64,000 nt of DNA from Candidatus Wolfebacteria bacterium GW2011_GWE2_44_13 (GCA_001000675.1 LCHW01000001.1:68013-132012), one strand, 5' to 3'; shown: positions 26,095-36,712, numbered from the stretch's first letter. Notes: generated from the letters alone by a model not told the origin. A program made the numbers and translations.

Positions 26095-27339
26095 ATGTTA
26101 GATTTAAAATCATTAAATTACGCAATTAAACAGATCTCCGAAGAGAAATCTCTTCCGGAGGAACAGATTTTGTCGGCCGTAGAGTCGGCAATCGCAGCTG
26201 CTTATAAAAAGGAGTACTGCGAACGAGGAGAAATAGTGCATGCAAAGATCGATACCAATAGCGGTCAATTTACGTTCTGGAAAACAAAGACCGTCGTTGA
26301 TGAATCAACGGTGCGCATAATTGAAGAGGAAGAAATTGTTGAACCTGAGCCAGGAGCTCCTGTGAAAAAAGAAGAAGTTGTTATTGAGGAGGAAGACGAA
26401 GATTTGCTCCCTCGTTACAATCCAGACCGACACATTTTAATCGATGAAGCTCGTGCAATAAAAAAGAATGCGGAATTAGGCGAAGAGCTTTCATTCCCGC
26501 TTGAAGAGCGACAAGATTTCGGTCGCATTGCTGCGCAGACTGCAAAGCAAGTTGTATTACAAAAAATTCGCGAAGCAGAACGTGATTCTGTGCGAAAAGA
26601 ATATCAAGGAAAAGAAGGTGAAATCGTAAGCGGTATTATCCAGCGTGTTGAACGAGGTAATACCTTTATTGACCTTGGTCGCGCGATGGGTGTTATGTTA
26701 TATAACGAAGTCATTCGCGGAGAACACTACAACATCGGAGAGCGCATGCGCTTTTACGTTGTTGCCGTGCAAGACGAAGAAGGCAAACGCCCTGGAATTA
26801 TCTTGTCTCGCTCACACCCTAAGTTTGTAGCAAAGTTGTTTGAGATCGAAGTTCCTGAAATTTTAGAAGGACTTGTTGAAATAAAATCAATTGCTCGTGA
26901 ACCGGGGAGCCGCACAAAGATGGCCGTACATAGCACAGAAGAAGGTATTGACCCGATTGGTGCATGTGTCGGACAGCGCGGAACGCGTGTCATGACCGTT
27001 ACTACGGAATTGGGAAATGAAAAGATTGATATTATTCAGTGGTATGAAGATCCTGCTCAGTTTATCGCTGCAGCACTTTCGCCCGCAAAGGTAACCCATG
27101 TCGAAATTCGTGATCGTCGTGAAGCAAAGGTACTTGTGCCAGAAGATCAGTTGAGCCTTGCTATTGGTAAGGATGGACAGAATGCGCGCCTTGCAGCTCG
27201 TTTGACGGGTTGGAAGATCGATATACGATCACAGGCACAGCCAGACGCCCCACAGGCCGGCGGTGTGTTTGGAAAATCAGAAGACGAAGAAGGTGTTGAT
27301 TTTGGAGGTACTGAACCAACTGTTTCTACTGAAGAATAA
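26095..27339 (+). CDS. nusA: Transcription termination/antitermination factor NusA
   Basis: N-terminal domain, S1, and two KH domains (GxxGxNxRLAARLTGWKIDI). There is an acidic insertion in the N-terminal domain. Confidence 0.85.
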   Translation: MLDLKSLNYAIKQISEEKSLPEEQILSAVESAIAAAYKKEYCERGEIVHAKIDTNSGQFTFWKTKTVVDESTVRIIEEEEIVEPEPGAPVKKEEVVIEEEDEDLLPRYNPDRHILIDEARAIKKNAELGEELSFPLEERQDFGRIAAQTAKQVVLQKIREAERDSVRKEYQGKEGEIVSGIIQRVERGNTFIDLGRAMGVMLYNEVIRGEHYNIGERMRFYVVAVQDEEGKRPGIILSRSHPKFVAKLFEIEVPEILEGLVEIKSIAREPGSRTKMAVHSTEEGIDPIGACVGQRGTRVMTVTTELGNEKIDIIQWYEDPAQFIAAALSPAKVTHVEIRDRREAKVLVPEDQLSLAIGKDGQNARLAARLTGWKIDIRSQAQPDAPQAGGVFGKSEDEEGVDFGGTEPTVSTEE

Positions 27340-27417
27340 TTTAAAAATAATTTCTAATAACATATTTCTAATTACCAATGCACTGCATTAATAATTAGAA
27401 ATTAGTTATTTCACACT

Positions 27418-27939
27418 ATGAACTTTGAAGCACTAGGAGCGGGCGAAAAAGCCCCTGAAATCGTTACCGTTGTCGTTGAAATCCCAAAAGGAAGTCATAA
27501 TAAATATGAATACGACGAAGAGACAGGCGTATTTAAACTCGACCGCGTTTTGTATTCTCCAATGCACTATCCGCTCGACTACGGATTTATTCCGCAGACT
27601 CGATCTGAAGATGGAGACCACTTGGATGCATTAATTATCGGCAGCGACCCTGTATTTACCGGATGCGTTGTGAACATGCGACCAATCGCTGTATTTCATA
27701 TGGTGGATTCTGGAGAAGCTGACGCAAAAATTCTTGGGGTACAGGCAAACAATCCTCGCTTCGATTCTATTAAGGACTTAGCAGATGTGGAGTTGCATAG
27801 CCCTCACTTGCTGAAAGAAATTTCTCACTTCTTTAAGGTCTATAAGGATCTCCAAGGGAAAGAAGTGCACATTCAAGGATGGGAAAATAAGGCCGCAGCA
27901 ATTGCGGAAATTGAAAAGTCTCAAAAGGCTTATAAATAA
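27418..27939 (+). CDS. ppa: Inorganic pyrophosphatase (family I)
   Basis: [11 protein letters not shown] and DGDHLDALI motifs; 173 aa. Confidence 0.9.
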   Translation: MNFEALGAGEKAPEIVTVVVEIPKGSHNKYEYDEETGVFKLDRVLYSPMHYPLDYGFIPQTRSEDGDHLDALIIGSDPVFTGCVVNMRPIAVFHMVDSGEADAKILGVQANNPRFDSIKDLADVELHSPHLLKEISHFFKVYKDLQGKEVHIQGWENKAAAIAEIEKSQKAYK

Positions 27940-27965
27940 AAATAGCTAACAATAGTAAATACATA

Positions 27966-28553
27966 ATGAACTTAATTCCAACGGTAATTGAAAAAAGCAC
28001 GTATGGAGAGCGGGCATACGATATTTACTCTCGTTTGTTGCGTGATCGCATTATATTTCTTGGTGGTATTATCGATGATAATGTTGCTAATACGGTAATT
28101 GCGCAGCTCTTGTTTCTTGCACATGAAGACCCAAAGAAGGATATTCAAATATATTTGAATTCTCCAGGGGGATCAGTGACTGCAGGACTCGCCATCCTTG
28201 ATACAATGAACTACATTAAGCCCGATGTATCGACTATCTGTGTAGGTATTGCCGCTTCGATGGGTGCAGTACTGCTTGCGGGTGGGAAGAAGGGAAAGCG
28301 TTTTGCACTTCCTAACTCCGAAGTTATGTTGCATCAAGTTATGGGTGGATATGAAGGGCAGGCCTCGGACATTGAAATCAATGCGAAGCATATCCTTAAA
28401 ACAAAAGAAAAGTTGAACCAATTCCTTGCAAAAGCGACTGGACAACCAATGAACCGCGTTGAAAAAGACTCAGATAGAGATTTTTACTTGTCTGCTGCAG
28501 AGGCAAAAGAATATGGGTTGATTGATGAGGTAATGAAGACAGTGAAGAAATAA
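27966..28553 (+). CDS. clpP: ATP-dependent Clp protease proteolytic subunit ClpP
   Basis: [14 protein letters not shown], and the catalytic Ser in [13 protein letters not shown]. Confidence 0.9.
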   Translation: MNLIPTVIEKSTYGERAYDIYSRLLRDRIIFLGGIIDDNVANTVIAQLLFLAHEDPKKDIQIYLNSPGGSVTAGLAILDTMNYIKPDVSTICVGIAASMGAVLLAGGKKGKRFALPNSEVMLHQVMGGYEGQASDIEINAKHILKTKEKLNQFLAKATGQPMNRVEKDSDRDFYLSAAEAKEYGLIDEVMKTVKK

Positions 28554-28593
28554 AGAGTAATCGCGAATATACAAATCAGATAAATATACAAAT

Positions 28594-28622
28594 AAAACTG
28601 CGCCATATGGCGCAGTTTTTGG
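28594..28622 (+). terminator. Rho-independent terminator
   Basis: aaactgcgcc-atat-ggcgcagttt followed by ttt. Confidence 0.7.
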
Positions 28623-28635
28623 TATACTTAACAAA

Positions 28636-29040
28636 GTGAATAATAATCAAGTTATCTATCCAGAGGAAAGCTATGATATTGTCGGCGCTGCGTACGCTAT
28701 TTTTAACGAGCTTGGATATGGGTTTAAGGAAGTTGTTTATCAAAAAGCATTTGCACAAGAATTAAAAAAACGAAATTATAATTTTGAAAATGAGAAAGAA
28801 ATAGAAGTGAAGTACGATAATGTTATACTCGGAAAATATCGGCTTGATTTCATAGTGGATGAGAAAATCGTTGTGGAGTTAAAAGTGCGGCATGCTCTCG
28901 GGTACGCTCACATTAAACAGGTTATGGGGTATTTGAAGGCTGGAAATTATAAACTCGCAATATTGATCTATTTTACTGAAGAAGGGGTTAAGTTTAGAAG
29001 AGTTTTAAATTCTTATAAGGATGTTGGAGTGGGAATTTAA
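28636..29040 (+). CDS. GxxExxY family protein (GTG start)
   Basis: FNELGYGFKEVVYQKAFAQEL carries the GxxExxY signature (PF13366). Confidence 0.65.
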   Translation: MNNNQVIYPEESYDIVGAAYAIFNELGYGFKEVVYQKAFAQELKKRNYNFENEKEIEVKYDNVILGKYRLDFIVDEKIVVELKVRHALGYAHIKQVMGYLKAGNYKLAILIYFTEEGVKFRRVLNSYKDVGVGI

Positions 29041-29097
29041 CGAGTTTTTTGTTACCATGTTTGTATATTAGCTTAATTTGTATATTCGCGATTACTT

Positions 29098-30117
29098 ATG
29101 AAAATAGCATTCTTTCAAATAGAAGACTGGGAAATAGAACACATCAAAGAGCAGTTAGCGGGGCATGAATTATTTTTTACAAAAGATAAGTTGTCTGCAG
29201 AAGCCCTTCCTGCGGATCGTGATTTTGATATTGTGTCCGTGTTTGTCGGTTCAAAAATAGACCAGGCGGTTCTTGCGGCCTTGCCGAATCTTAAGCTCGT
29301 TACGACGCGTTCAACCGGGTTTGATCATATCGACCTTGCATTAGCGCAAAGCATGAATATTGCTACTGGCTATGTGCCAGGGTATGGTGAAAATACTGTT
29401 GCTGAATTTGCATTCGGCTTAATTCTCGCGCTTTCTCGTAAGATTTATGAGTCAGTCGATCGGCTAAAAGAAACTGGAGTGTACTCGTACGTCGGATTGC
29501 GTGGGTTTGACCTACAAGGGAAAACACTTGGCGTTGTGGGTACAGGACGTATTGGGCAGCACGTTATTCGTATTGCAAAAGGGTTTAGTATGAATGTTAT
29601 TGCATACGATGCATTCCCAAAGCCAGAGCTTGCAACAGAACTTGGATTCACCTACGCCACGTTTGATGAGTTGCTTGGCAAGTCAGATGTCATTACGCTG
29701 CATGTTCCGTATCTTCCATCAACACACCATCTTATCAATATGGAAAATATTGGGAAGATTAAGAAAGGGGCATTGTTGGTAAATACTGCTCGCGGAGCAG
29801 TTGTGGATACCGCTGCATTGGTAAAAGCGCTTGCAGATGGAATCTTGGGAGGCGCAGGGCTTGATGTATTGGAAGAAGAAGGCGTGCTTGCGGATGAAAA
29901 AACATTGGTATTGTATGGACATCCAGAAGAGCATAATCTAAAAACAGTTTTGGAAAATCATGTGCTGATTGATTTGCCGAATGTGTTGGTAACACCGCAT
30001 AACGCGTTCAATACACAAGAAGCATTACAACGTATTCTTGATACAGATATCTGTAACATTCAGGAGTTTATTGGACAGGGAGTTGCGAAGTGTCCGATTC
30101 CAGTGGCGAAGGCATGA
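29098..30117 (+). CDS. D-isomer-specific 2-hydroxyacid dehydrogenase (D-lactate/glycerate dehydrogenase family)
   Basis: NAD-binding GVVGTGRIGQ; catalytic R...E...H region (TARGAVVD, VTPHNA). Confidence 0.8.
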   Translation: MKIAFFQIEDWEIEHIKEQLAGHELFFTKDKLSAEALPADRDFDIVSVFVGSKIDQAVLAALPNLKLVTTRSTGFDHIDLALAQSMNIATGYVPGYGENTVAEFAFGLILALSRKIYESVDRLKETGVYSYVGLRGFDLQGKTLGVVGTGRIGQHVIRIAKGFSMNVIAYDAFPKPELATELGFTYATFDELLGKSDVITLHVPYLPSTHHLINMENIGKIKKGALLVNTARGAVVDTAALVKALADGILGGAGLDVLEEEGVLADEKTLVLYGHPEEHNLKTVLENHVLIDLPNVLVTPHNAFNTQEALQRILDTDICNIQEFIGQGVAKCPIPVAKA

Positions 30118-30150
30118 GATATGAGATTAGAGATGTGAGATAAGGAAAAC

Positions 30151-30182
30151 AAACCCCGCTTCGAAAGAAGCGGGGTTTTATA
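30151..30182 (+). terminator. Rho-independent terminator
   Basis: aaaccccgcttcgaaagaagcggggttt followed by tat. Confidence 0.7.
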
Positions 30183-30200
30183 TTGCGTGGGTAGTTCGCA

Positions 30201-30578
30201 TTACTCGGCGGGTTTGGTGAGGACGAATTTGATCCACTCCTCGACACTCTCATTGAATATAGGCACGCTTGAGAAGAACTTATTGCTCGCGCGCAAGTCA
30301 GCGTGCCCTTCCCAGTGCACTGAGCCAAATAGAAGCATTGGGGTTACTTCCCCGACGAGGCCAGTTAATGTCCGGCGGAGCTCCTTTTGTGCGGGGTCTG
30401 AGGCTTCTGCAAAAATGACTGCCTCTGGCTGAAATACCGCGAGTACTCCCGCGAATTCTTCGGGAGAACCGGCTACTGGACGATGATGAACGATGAGCCC
30501 ACAGTTAAGTAGATATACCGCCAGCGAGGAACTCCCTGCTGAAATTCTGGGAATCCCAACAACAAGAATTCTTTTCAT
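30201..30578 (-). CDS. Hypothetical protein (receiver-like fold lacking the phospho-acceptor Asp pair?), GC-rich
   Basis: MKRILVVG... has a CheY-like start, but the DD pair is absent. Its GC content is clearly above that of flanking genes. Confidence 0.3.
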   Translation of the reverse strand: MKRILVVGIPRISAGSSSLAVYLLNCGLIVHHRPVAGSPEEFAGVLAVFQPEAVIFAEASDPAQKELRRTLTGLVGEVTPMLLFGSVHWEGHADLRASNKFFSSVPIFNESVEEWIKFVLTKPAE

Positions 30579-30736
30579 TTTTAAAATTCCTTTCTCTAGA
30601 GAGTGAGGGCGAGAATGCCCTGTATGGTTCTGATTAATGTATATACTAGGCGCTATGGAATGTCAATTTTCTGAAACATTTATTAAATTAATCAATTATT
30701 GCTATAATACCAGTATTCACTAGTTACTATATATTT

Positions 30737-31765
30737 ATGAAAAAAGTTGCCATCAATGGATTTGGTCGTATCGGACGACTCTTTCTTAGAAAAACATTAG
30801 GAAATCCGAATTTTGAAATAGTCGCTATTAACGACTTAGGAGATGTTGAGAATCTTGCCTATCTATTAAAGTACGACACGGTGTATGGGCGGTATGAAAA
30901 AGAAGTTTCCTTTATTAAGACAGAGGGAAAGAATGCTATCGTCGTGGACGGAAAGGAAATCGCATTTATTTCTGAAAAAGATCCAACCTTGTTGCCCTGG
31001 GGAACGATGGGAATTGATTTAGTTGTCGAGTCTACGGGAGTCTATGAATCATTTGAGAAAAATCAGGCACACATTACTGCGGGTGCGAAGCGCGTTGTTA
31101 TTTCTGCTCCTGCAAAAGATGCTGATGGTGCAATTGGGCAAACGGTGTTGATGGGGATTAACGAAGATAAGATGAGTGTATGCCCAATCACTTCAAACGC
31201 GTCGTGTACAACAAATGGCATTTCTCCGGTGGTGGCGGTGCTTTCTGAGAAGCTTGGTATTGTAAAGGCGATGATGACGACTGCGCATGCATATACGAAC
31301 ACACAGACAATGGTAGATAGCCCAGTAAAGGGAGCTGATTTTCGCCGAGGACGGGCAGGTGCGCAGAATATTGTTCCTTCTACAACGGGCGCAGCAATTG
31401 CAGTAACGCGAGCATTTAAGGAGCTAGAAGGGAAATTTGATGGCATTGCATTGCGTATTCCCGTGCCATCTGGATCGGTTGCTGATATTACGTTTCTCGC
31501 GGCACGTCCAACTACTGTTGAAGAAGTGAATGCTATTTTGACCGAAGCTGCGCAGACGGAGCAGTGGAAAGGAATTTTAACAGTGACTGACGAACAAATT
31601 GTTTCCAGCGATGTCTTGCGACAAGAAACGGGTGCGCTCGTTGACTTGCGTATGACAAAAGTGGTGGCTGGAGATCTTGTAAAAGTTCTTTCCTGGTATG
31701 ACAATGAATGGGGATATGTTGCTATGCTTGAAAAGCATGTCACAAAATCAATTTTACTTGCATAA
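30737..31765 (+). CDS. gap: Glyceraldehyde-3-phosphate dehydrogenase
   Basis: NGFGRIGR Rossmann motif; active-site SNASCTTN. Confidence 0.95.
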   Translation: MKKVAINGFGRIGRLFLRKTLGNPNFEIVAINDLGDVENLAYLLKYDTVYGRYEKEVSFIKTEGKNAIVVDGKEIAFISEKDPTLLPWGTMGIDLVVESTGVYESFEKNQAHITAGAKRVVISAPAKDADGAIGQTVLMGINEDKMSVCPITSNASCTTNGISPVVAVLSEKLGIVKAMMTTAHAYTNTQTMVDSPVKGADFRRGRAGAQNIVPSTTGAAIAVTRAFKELEGKFDGIALRIPVPSGSVADITFLAARPTTVEEVNAILTEAAQTEQWKGILTVTDEQIVSSDVLRQETGALVDLRMTKVVAGDLVKVLSWYDNEWGYVAMLEKHVTKSILLA

Positions 31766-31773
31766 TATAGTAT

Positions 31774-32289
31774 ATGATTATTTATATCGGAGCAGATCAT
31801 CGAGGATTTGCATTAAAAGAAGTACTAAAAGGGCATTTAATTGATGCCGGACAAGAGGTGGTTGATATGGGGAACGATATCTTAGAAGAGGGTGATGACT
31901 ACCCTGTATTTGCAACTGCCGTTGCAGATGCTGTTTCAGATAATCCTTTTGAAGATCGTGGGATTCTTATCTGCGGCTCGGGTGTTGGTGTTGATATTGT
32001 TGCGAATAAATTTATTGACTTGCGCTGCGCACTCACTGCGAGCGTTGAGCAAATAAAGGCGGCTCGCACAGATGATGATGTAAATGTGCTTGCGCTTGCT
32101 GCTGATTTTATCGAAGAAGAAACTGCAAAAAATATCGCAACTGCCTTCATTGAAACACCGTATGATGGAGCGGAAAATCATCAACGAAGAATCGACATGA
32201 TAACTGAGCTTGAGATTGGCTCTGTTGGAGAGGAAGCACCCGAGGAAGAAACTGAACCTGTAACTGAAGAAGACGAAAAAGTTGGATAA
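31774..32289 (+). CDS. rpiB: Ribose-5-phosphate isomerase B (RpiB/LacAB family)
   Basis: IYIGADHRGFALK, ICGSGVGV; acidic C-terminal tail. Confidence 0.8.
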   Translation: MIIYIGADHRGFALKEVLKGHLIDAGQEVVDMGNDILEEGDDYPVFATAVADAVSDNPFEDRGILICGSGVGVDIVANKFIDLRCALTASVEQIKAARTDDDVNVLALAADFIEEETAKNIATAFIETPYDGAENHQRRIDMITELEIGSVGEEAPEEETEPVTEEDEKVG

Positions 32290-32293
32290 TAAG

Positions 32294-32326
32294 AAATGCC
32301 TCGAGTAACTATCGAGGCATTTTTTG
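32294..32326 (+). terminator. Rho-independent terminator
   Basis: aaatgcctcga-gtaact-atcgaggcattt followed by tttg. Confidence 0.7.
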
Positions 32327-32436
32327 TAGAGAGATGAGGGTAGGACAGAGAGGTGCATTATTTGACATTATTTTATATATAGTATATAAAGTATCCAGCA
32401 CCATAAAATCTGTAGGAAAGAAGAGGAGTAGCAAGG

Positions 32437-33120
32437 ATGAAGAGATTTCTGGTTTTGGCGGCGCTGGCGTTGACGATTGGTTTGGCTGGTTGTGCCGGCG
32501 ATGTCTATATTGAGGCGCCGGCCGCGGCTATCCAGCCACCCACAGAAGAGCAGCCCCCGCCGATTGTGGCGGGAACGGCGTACGTTTCGATGGTCGGCGG
32601 TGGCAATTTGTCACAGGTCGTACCGTTCTGGTCGACGAAGGTGACGCTGCTTACTTTCATCGTCGCGATGGATGGTAAGGAGGATGGCATTCTGAAGATG
32701 GTTCTTCCAGAATTCTACGCCTACTCGTACCAAGAGTTACTTCCGACGGGGTTGTTGCAAAACATTACCCTTATCGCGGAAGATAACACTCAAGTCGGAA
32801 TTGTCGCGACGATGCTGATGCAACGGCCGGCGGCTCCTGAGAACGGCTGGAAGGACACGACGTACACCGCTATTCCTTCTGAGGCCGTTATTACTAAGGG
32901 TACGATGCGGACCTTCCGAATCGTTGCCGACACGGGCTGGTCCTGGAGTTACCAGCTTACGACCACGCTCCCCAATGCGGGAAGTGGAATGTTCGCTGGC
33001 GGCATCGGCGACCATATCATTATCCGTGGGGCTTCGAGCGGAGAGCTGCTCGAAGTTCGCGGGGAAGCCCTTGGCAGCCCCACTTTCTTTTATGACCCCT
33101 ACCTTGGGGGTAAGGGGTAA
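32437..33120 (+). CDS. Lipoprotein (lipobox LAGC), GC-rich hypothetical
   Basis: MKRFLVLAALALTIGLAGCAGD has a signal peptide and lipobox. Codon usage is GC-rich relative to the window. Confidence 0.55.
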   Translation: MKRFLVLAALALTIGLAGCAGDVYIEAPAAAIQPPTEEQPPPIVAGTAYVSMVGGGNLSQVVPFWSTKVTLLTFIVAMDGKEDGILKMVLPEFYAYSYQELLPTGLLQNITLIAEDNTQVGIVATMLMQRPAAPENGWKDTTYTAIPSEAVITKGTMRTFRIVADTGWSWSYQLTTTLPNAGSGMFAGGIGDHIIIRGASSGELLEVRGEALGSPTFFYDPYLGGKG

Positions 33121-33146
33121 ATTACGCACCCCCACTCAATGCGTAC

Positions 33147-33220
33147 GGCCCCTCGAGCGATCGAGGGGCCTTTTTTATATCAAATAAAATATCTCTCCTG
33201 GTGAGGAGAGATATTTTTGT
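33147..33220. terminator. Two convergent terminators (33147-33177 for the plus-strand gene; 33187-33220 bidirectional hairpin serving trpS on the minus strand)
   Basis: ggcccctcga-gcga-tcgaggggcc followed by tttttt; and atatctctcc-tggtg-aggagagatat flanked by A/T runs. Confidence 0.65.
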
Positions 33221-33222
33221 AA

Positions 33223-34236
33223 TTATTTTGGTAACTTTTTGGTAACTTTTTTTGAAAGTCCCATCGTTTCTTTTACCTGGTTCATTTTTTCAGTTGCCTT
33301 CTTCTGTGCTTTCTTACGACCCTTTTCTATAATGCGATCAATTTCTCCTGACTTTTTCATGAGCAATTTCTTGCGTACCTGAAACGGTCGCAAGCCCTCT
33401 ACAATCACCTCCGCGAGCTCTCGCTTAAATACGCCATAATTTGCATCTGCGTATTTTCGTTCGATTTCTTTTACGGAAAGATTAGTAAAGCCACGGTAGA
33501 TGCGAATAAGGTTTGCAACGCCTGGCTTCTTTGTTGGATTATATACCACCTTTGCTTCCGAATCGGTCACCGCGCGCTTTACCTTGTCGCGAATAATGTC
33601 TGGCGCGTCATCAAGGAATAAACATCCCTCGGGCATCGACTTGGACATTTTTCGTAGTGGATCGCTCAAACTCATGAGTCGAGGCACTTCGGTAAGTAGT
33701 GGCTCGGGCTCTTGCATGATCTTCTTAAACTGACTATTGAACTTTCGTGCAATCGTGCGGGTAAGCTCAAGATGTTGTAGCTGGTCGTCGCCTACGGGGA
33801 CAAAGCTTGTGTCGTAGAGTAATACATCGGCTGCCATAAGGACAGGATAATCGAACAAGCCAATGTTGATATTTTCTGATTGGCTGGCCGATTTATCTTT
33901 GAACTGTGTCATACGACGCAATTCTCCAAACGGTGTGATGCAGTTGAGTACCCATGCAAGTTCGCTATGCTCAGGTATTTGTGACTGTACAAAGATAACC
34001 GATTTCTCTGGACTGATACCTGCGGCAATATAATCCGCAACAACTTCAACGGTTTGCTTGTATTTTTGCGCTGGGTCAAACTCGGCGGTAATAGAATGCA
34101 AATCTGCTACAAAGAAATAACATTGATAACGGCCTGAATTTTGTAATTCAACCCAATTTTTCAACGCACCAAAATAATTTCCAATATGCAGTTTTCCGGT
34201 TGGCTGCATTCCGGAGAAGAGGACGGGTTTAGACAT
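33223..34236 (-). CDS. trpS: Tryptophan--tRNA ligase
   Basis: HIGN (TGKLHIGNYFG) and KMSKS motifs; 337 aa. Confidence 0.95.
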   Translation of the reverse strand: MSKPVLFSGMQPTGKLHIGNYFGALKNWVELQNSGRYQCYFFVADLHSITAEFDPAQKYKQTVEVVADYIAAGISPEKSVIFVQSQIPEHSELAWVLNCITPFGELRRMTQFKDKSASQSENINIGLFDYPVLMAADVLLYDTSFVPVGDDQLQHLELTRTIARKFNSQFKKIMQEPEPLLTEVPRLMSLSDPLRKMSKSMPEGCLFLDDAPDIIRDKVKRAVTDSEAKVVYNPTKKPGVANLIRIYRGFTNLSVKEIERKYADANYGVFKRELAEVIVEGLRPFQVRKKLLMKKSGEIDRIIEKGRKKAQKKATEKMNQVKETMGLSKKVTKKLPK

Positions 34237-34283
34237 AAATTACTAATTCTTAATTTCTGATGGGACTCAGTATCGTGCAAACA

Positions 34284-36437
34284 TCAGACGTAAATGATTA
34301 CAGGAAGGATCATCGGCCTTCTCTTTGTCTTAGTATATAGGAATTGTCCTATCTGGTCACGCATAAGGGATTTAAGATAATCCATATCCACTTCTTTATG
34401 TACTGGCATTTGGACCAATATCCCCTTTATCTTTTTGCGCATTTCTTCAACGATATTCGTATTCTCCTTGAGGTAAATAAATCCACGAGAAATAATATCT
34501 GGGTTCTTAATGATCGAACCAGTCTTTTTATCGATCGTTGCAACAATAACAACCATACCTTCTTCGGCAAGCATCTTACGATCGCGCATAACAATTTCTC
34601 CTACATCACCAACGCCCAATCCGTCAACCATAACGTAGTGTGCTGGAAGTTGGTGATCCATATCAACCTGATATCCCGTCTTTGAAAATTCAACAGGAAG
34701 TCCGTTGTCTAATACGATGGTATTTTCTTTCAACACGCCTGCTTCTTGTGCAAGGATTGCGTTCGTTGAGCGCATGAAATAATATCCATGAATCGGCATA
34801 AAGTATTTCGGCTTTACTGCTCGAATAATAGCCTTTAATTCATCTGATGTTGCGTGACCACTTGAATAAATATCAGAATTTTTAGAGTGATAAATGATAG
34901 CACCCTGTCGAGCAAGTGCATCCTTAACGGTTTGCACGGCGCGTTCGTTTCCAGGAATGATGGATGAGGAGAACATGATCGTATCTCCTGGGCGCACTTG
35001 GAACGAGCGGTTTTCACCCGTTGAGATCTTCATAAGGCTTGCATTCGATTCACCCTGTGCTCCTGTAGAGAGGACGATAATCTGATCGTCTTTGTACTTA
35101 TGAATATCGTCGAGTGGGATAACGGTGCCCTGCTTTATTTTTATGTAGCCCAAGTTCTGTGCAATTTGCACGTTTGTTTTCATGGATAAACCAGAGAAGG
35201 CAATTTTCTTGCCATGCTTTTCTGCGAGGGCAATTACTTCACCGACGCGGGTAAGCATGGATGCGAACATGGCAATAACCATACGCCCCTTTGTCTTGAG
35301 AAATATTTGTTCAATATTGTCCATGATGATTTCACCGGACAATGATTTTCCTTCTACCTCCGCGTTAGTACTTTCTAAGCAGAGCCCAAGGATACCTTGT
35401 TCAGAAATGCGCTTAAACTCATCGAGTCCATGTTCTACTCCTTTCGCATCGTACTCAACTTTTACGTCAGTTGCGTATACGAAATTTCCAACCGGAGTTT
35501 TTATAAGGATGCTTATGGAATCTGGAATACTATGGATGATGTTGAAGAACTCAAGCGTAAGGTTGTCGGATACTTTAATAACATCGCGATTCTTTACGAT
35601 TTCAAAATCAAGCTTCGGGGTGTTTGGATATTCGCTCTGACGCTTGCTAATAATTTCTTTTGCGAGCGGTGTTGTGTAAATAGTCGGATTGCCGAGCTTT
35701 TCCATGATATGTGGAATAGCCCCGATGTGATCGTAGTGTGCGTGGGTAACAACCATACCACGGATTTTGTGCTTGTTCTGTTCGAGGTAGGTTACGTTCG
35801 GGATGATATAATCAACTCCTGGGTTTTCTTCACCGGCAAATTCAAGGCCAGCATCAAAGATGACAATCTCATCTCCGTATTCAAAGAACGACATGTTTCT
35901 GCCGATTTCTTCAAGTCCACCGAGTCCGCAAAAACGAACGATTTCTTTGTTTGCTTCGCGGAAGCCTGCTTTCTTGCCATGCTCAGCTCGTCGAACGGTT
36001 CCCATTGGGCGTTCTGGCTTTAGTGGCTGATCAGTTGTCGTTGGAAGCATTGCGGGGTCGTGTTCGTGCTTCTCACGTCCTCTGCGTGGAACGTATTGTC
36101 CACCGATGCTTTGTGTGCGCGGTCGCTGTGGACGATCTGATCCATATTGTGGTCTATCTGTTCGTGGACCTTGCGTGGATCGCTGTGCTGGATGCGCTGA
36201 TGGGCGTTGTCCCGCGCCAAAAGGACGTGTAGGGCGCTGCGATGGTGTGCTCGGACGACTTACTGGACGTGAAGCAGGCCCTTCACTCGGCGATTTTGCT
36301 GGAGCTACTGGACGCGTAGGGCGTTGTCCGATGCTGTGTGTTTTTGGAACTCCGTTTTGCGGTGCTCCTTGTGGCCTAAAGGCCGGTCTTCGTTGTCCTC
36401 CTGGTTGGGAAGACGGTGTGTTGTTTTTATTTTCCAT
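34284..36437 (-). CDS. rnj: Ribonuclease J (metallo-beta-lactamase/beta-CASP) with a roughly 170-aa Pro/Arg/Gln-rich N-terminal low-complexity extension
   Basis: VVTHAHYDHIGAIPHI is the HxHxDH motif, with beta-CASP motifs downstream. The N-terminus is RPTRP/QRP repeats. Confidence 0.85.
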   Translation of the reverse strand: MENKNNTPSSQPGGQRRPAFRPQGAPQNGVPKTHSIGQRPTRPVAPAKSPSEGPASRPVSRPSTPSQRPTRPFGAGQRPSAHPAQRSTQGPRTDRPQYGSDRPQRPRTQSIGGQYVPRRGREKHEHDPAMLPTTTDQPLKPERPMGTVRRAEHGKKAGFREANKEIVRFCGLGGLEEIGRNMSFFEYGDEIVIFDAGLEFAGEENPGVDYIIPNVTYLEQNKHKIRGMVVTHAHYDHIGAIPHIMEKLGNPTIYTTPLAKEIISKRQSEYPNTPKLDFEIVKNRDVIKVSDNLTLEFFNIIHSIPDSISILIKTPVGNFVYATDVKVEYDAKGVEHGLDEFKRISEQGILGLCLESTNAEVEGKSLSGEIIMDNIEQIFLKTKGRMVIAMFASMLTRVGEVIALAEKHGKKIAFSGLSMKTNVQIAQNLGYIKIKQGTVIPLDDIHKYKDDQIIVLSTGAQGESNASLMKISTGENRSFQVRPGDTIMFSSSIIPGNERAVQTVKDALARQGAIIYHSKNSDIYSSGHATSDELKAIIRAVKPKYFMPIHGYYFMRSTNAILAQEAGVLKENTIVLDNGLPVEFSKTGYQVDMDHQLPAHYVMVDGLGVGDVGEIVMRDRKMLAEEGMVVIVATIDKKTGSIIKNPDIISRGFIYLKENTNIVEEMRKKIKGILVQMPVHKEVDMDYLKSLMRDQIGQFLYTKTKRRPMILPVIIYV

Positions 36438-36712
36438 AATTATATATATATAAATTATTTGATCAGTTATTTCGGCATACCATGTCGGGTCGGGGAATTA
36501 CTATGCGCATGTTGTACTTCATCCGGCCCGATACGGTATGCACTAAACAAAAAATGCCTTACGTTCCCCAAAAGGGATTTTAAAAAACATGTTTTGCCGA
36601 TACGCTGTTCGTATGGTTATTGTTCTATTGTGTTTTACCGACGGAATATCCCGTCGTTTGTTATGTTCTTCGACAGTATCACAACTCTCTTATGTAACAC
36701 TACTGAAAGATG

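Noticed and set aside
31063-31800. 245-aa minus-strand ORF antisense to gap
   Set aside because: It overlaps GAPDH entirely, and has no motifs and no RBS. It is a shadow ORF.
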